Below are positions 61,357-64,000 of a stretch of DNA of 64,000 bases, in pieces. The stretch covers positions 62,001 through 126,000 of the forward strand of contig VJWM01000227.1 of NCBI GenBank assembly GCA_010909165.1. The letters are read 5' to 3'. Every line of letters starts with the position of its first letter. The first letter of the stretch is position 1. This stretch comes from Anthoceros angustus. Taxonomy: Eukaryota; Plantae; Anthocerotophyta. Under the pieces are notes generated by a model. The model was not told the DNA's origin. It was given only the letters and a program-made list of their open reading frames with translations, and did no database searches. Both the position numbers and the translations under genes were made by a program.

Positions 61357-62555
61357 CTGTATTCACAGGAAGGAAAGGTAGCAGAGGGGAAACAAGTACA
61401 AGTAAGAGATGTTGTTCATGAACCCAGATGATGATCCAAGTCCCATGATAAACGTCCTTGGCTCCATTTTCTGTCGATCGGAAATAAGCTGTTAAAGTAA
61501 AACCTAACCAACCCGGCTGTCATTTGTGTGCCATTCAGCTTTGATTATTCCTGCGGAAATCAATACTTACATGGCCACTGCGATCTTGTATCCAGTACTT
61601 GCTACCTTCCTCACTGGCTCTGAGGTTCATGCCTTCATTTGCTACTATGGTACTAGGGAATTACACATGATAAGGCTGACACAGACTTCTCTGAACCACA
61701 ATGTCTCACGGACTTTGAAGGCGAGATTCTGCAAGTTCAGATCTGCATTGGCTGTGTAAGTATAAGAGTTAGGTCAAGTGGTGAGCCATGCGACTCATTT
61801 GTTGCGTGCAATAAAGAGACCAAATGGATGACAGTTGGCTCAAACAGATCAGTAAGACCAGATTGTGACCTACAACTGAACAAAATGCTCAGAGATTGTG
61901 AGCAGGCAATGTTGAGAACCATTTACCAGAGCAAATCACAGATTAGTTCAAATACTTCAAGGACACAGGAGTTGTGCACAAATAAAACCACCCACAAACT
62001 TATCGGAATCTGGGAGCTGGAATCTGCAGCACGCGTGAATGCTCGCCGCGTGGACTGGGTGCACTGAATCTTCCCAGAGATCCACCCTGGCGAAACCCCA
62101 ATTCGCCGCACCGCCCACCGATCCCGCCGACAAGACCAGATGTTGCCCCGGGATTTCTTGACCAGGGGCCCTACACTGCTCGTTTTAGCTTCTAGCATTT
62201 GGCATCGCATCAATGTCTTCTTCTCTCCGCCTGCAGCTCCACTTCATGCAACTTGCTCCTGTTCATCACTGACGAGCCGCCGTCTTCGTCATCAGCACCT
62301 CCGGCTTGTCTCGTCAGCCTCTCATCTTTCTGATCTGGCTTGAGCTCGTCGGGACTGGGGACACAGACACACTGTGGATGACTACAACGTTTTCGCTCAA
62401 TCCATGTCATCGGGTATGCCACGAATCCATGGACATTCCTTATCACCACGCAGCTTCATTAAAATCTTGAATTCATCTCAGGCTGCTGACGCACTCATGG
62501 TGTGGTACAGCGTGCTAAGTACATGTATGTACAGAAGTACGCACGGTAATTCCTT

Positions 62556-63312
62556 CTATCTGTCCACATAGCCGTCTTCCCTGTCTTGTGCTTCCGAGAC
62601 TTTGTTCGCTATGCTGGTGGCCTTGTACCAGAGGAAGCCCTGCAGGAACGGAGAGCCCTTGAGCATTCCCTGCTTCTGAGCTGAAACGTGCCAGGCAAGA
62701 GAAAGCTGCGTGCAATTGCTGCCTCCTACCTGCCTACGGCTCAGCTCAGTGGACGGGAGAGCACACGTACCGCAACAGGAAGGCCGGTGATGGCGAAGAA
62801 GCCCAAGATCGGGCCCCAGAGCGGGCTGTCCGGTTGAACCACCCGAAGATAGGGTTGGGTTGAAGTACTCGAACACGGAACCCACCTGATGCCACCATCA
62901 AAACACGCACAACCCACACTCACGTGAGCACGGAACCCGCAATTGTCCATATCAATCAAGCTGGAGCAACATCCTGGCGTTGCATTACCCAGCAAACCGG
63001 AATTTTCGTTTCCAGCAAACTTGCTTACCGCAGCTATGGCGACGATGGCTGAAGCCAGCAGGTAGACGAAGAACGGCAGGTCCTGGCCCTCCTCCGGAAC
63101 CGCAGCTGCTTTCTCCCCGCCAGCCCAGCGGCAGCACCTCACTCCCGGGCTTGGCCCATTCCGGGACCTTCTCCCCTCGCCGAGCTGCCGGCAGAGGATG
63201 AAGATTTGGCACACAAACGCCCACCACCACCACCTTAGACGGGTAGTAGGCCCCATCCCGCCACCGAACACGCTGGCAGCAGTGGCGCCAACATTCTGTC
63301 CTCCGCCCCCAT
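62556..63312 (-). CDS. Conserved, probably chloroplast-targeted membrane protein of unknown function, 3 exons, with apparent frameshifts
   Basis: VPEWAKPGSE, LPFFVYLLASAIVAIAA/VGSVFEY, QPDSPLWGPILGFFAITGLP, FLWYKATSIANKVSEAQDREDGY*; needs small indel corrections in G/C runs; start codon uncertain. Confidence 0.65.
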
Positions 63313-64000
63313 TCCCAGCAGGAAATGACAATCAAAACAGGCCAGATCGCTCCTCCAGATGCAACTCCACTGCATGCTCGAACACCCTGGCTTCCCCAAC
63401 ATGCAGCTCCCCAAATTCCACACTCGCCCCCGCCGCCTGCAATTCCGCCTCCAGGAGCACACCAGACACGCGGATACAGACACGCAGGGAGCGCAGCAGG
63501 TGGGCGGTAGCAGCGTGGCTTGGACTCTTGGCAGCCCAGGGGAATACTTGATTTGTTCAGCCCAGCCCAGCCCAGGCCACGCCAGGCCAAACTGGCCCAA
63601 AACCAGACCAAGCTTAGCCAACCCAAGGAAAAAACCAGACAAGGCCCAGCCAGGTGTGTCGCTTAATCACGGCTCGGAAGCTGCGCTTGACCTAACTGAT
63701 CCCAGGCTCATGACTCCCAGTGGTTGGTACGATCAACGATGCCGAGAATCTGGATTCGACGTTGTGTACTTGCCGGCACTGACATTCTCGTTCTCATGCG
63801 CAAGAACGAGGCCAAGAAAGAGTCGCCGAGCTGCTGCCAGTATGCACAAATAAAACCACCCACAAACTTATCGGAATCTGGGAGCTGGAATCTGCAGCAC
63901 GCGTGAATGCTCGCCGCGTGGACTGGGTGCACTGAATCTTCCCAGAGATCCACCCTGGCGAAACCCCAATTCGCCGCACCGCCCACCGATCCCGCCGACA

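Overview
Gene-dense nuclear DNA from a seed-free land plant. Short GT-AG introns plus a KP-type PPR-DYW protein ending in GRP point to a hornwort (inference). The 0-34 kb part holds three GDSL lipases, a Pro-rich membrane protein, DDI1, an intronless DRG2, a WBP2-like GRAM protein, two head-to-head NIP aquaporins, RbcS and a PLS-PPR-DYW gene. The 34.6-52.4 kb part is a nested transposon island: a decayed Ty3/gypsy chromovirus with two insertions, an inverted LTR copy, and a MULE with TIRs and a 9-bp TSD. The 53.9-64 kb part holds a rearranged VIH/PPIP5K gene and a chloroplast-type membrane protein. The strongest observations are: (1) an RbcS whose mature chain has no Cys or Met; (2) an OSB-type PDF ssDNA-binding motif 5' of a putative U-to-C editing DYW:KP factor; (3) a NIP with the Ser-Thr-Ala-Arg filter of horsetail silicon channels, paired with a NIP carrying an atypical Pro-Ile-Gly-Arg filter; (4) unclassified 6.45-kb and 190-bp insertions that both have 11-bp TSDs. 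Caveat: many near-identical tandem duplications differ by homopolymer indels, so some frameshifts and duplications may be long-read assembly errors. All homology calls come from motif recognition, not database searches.
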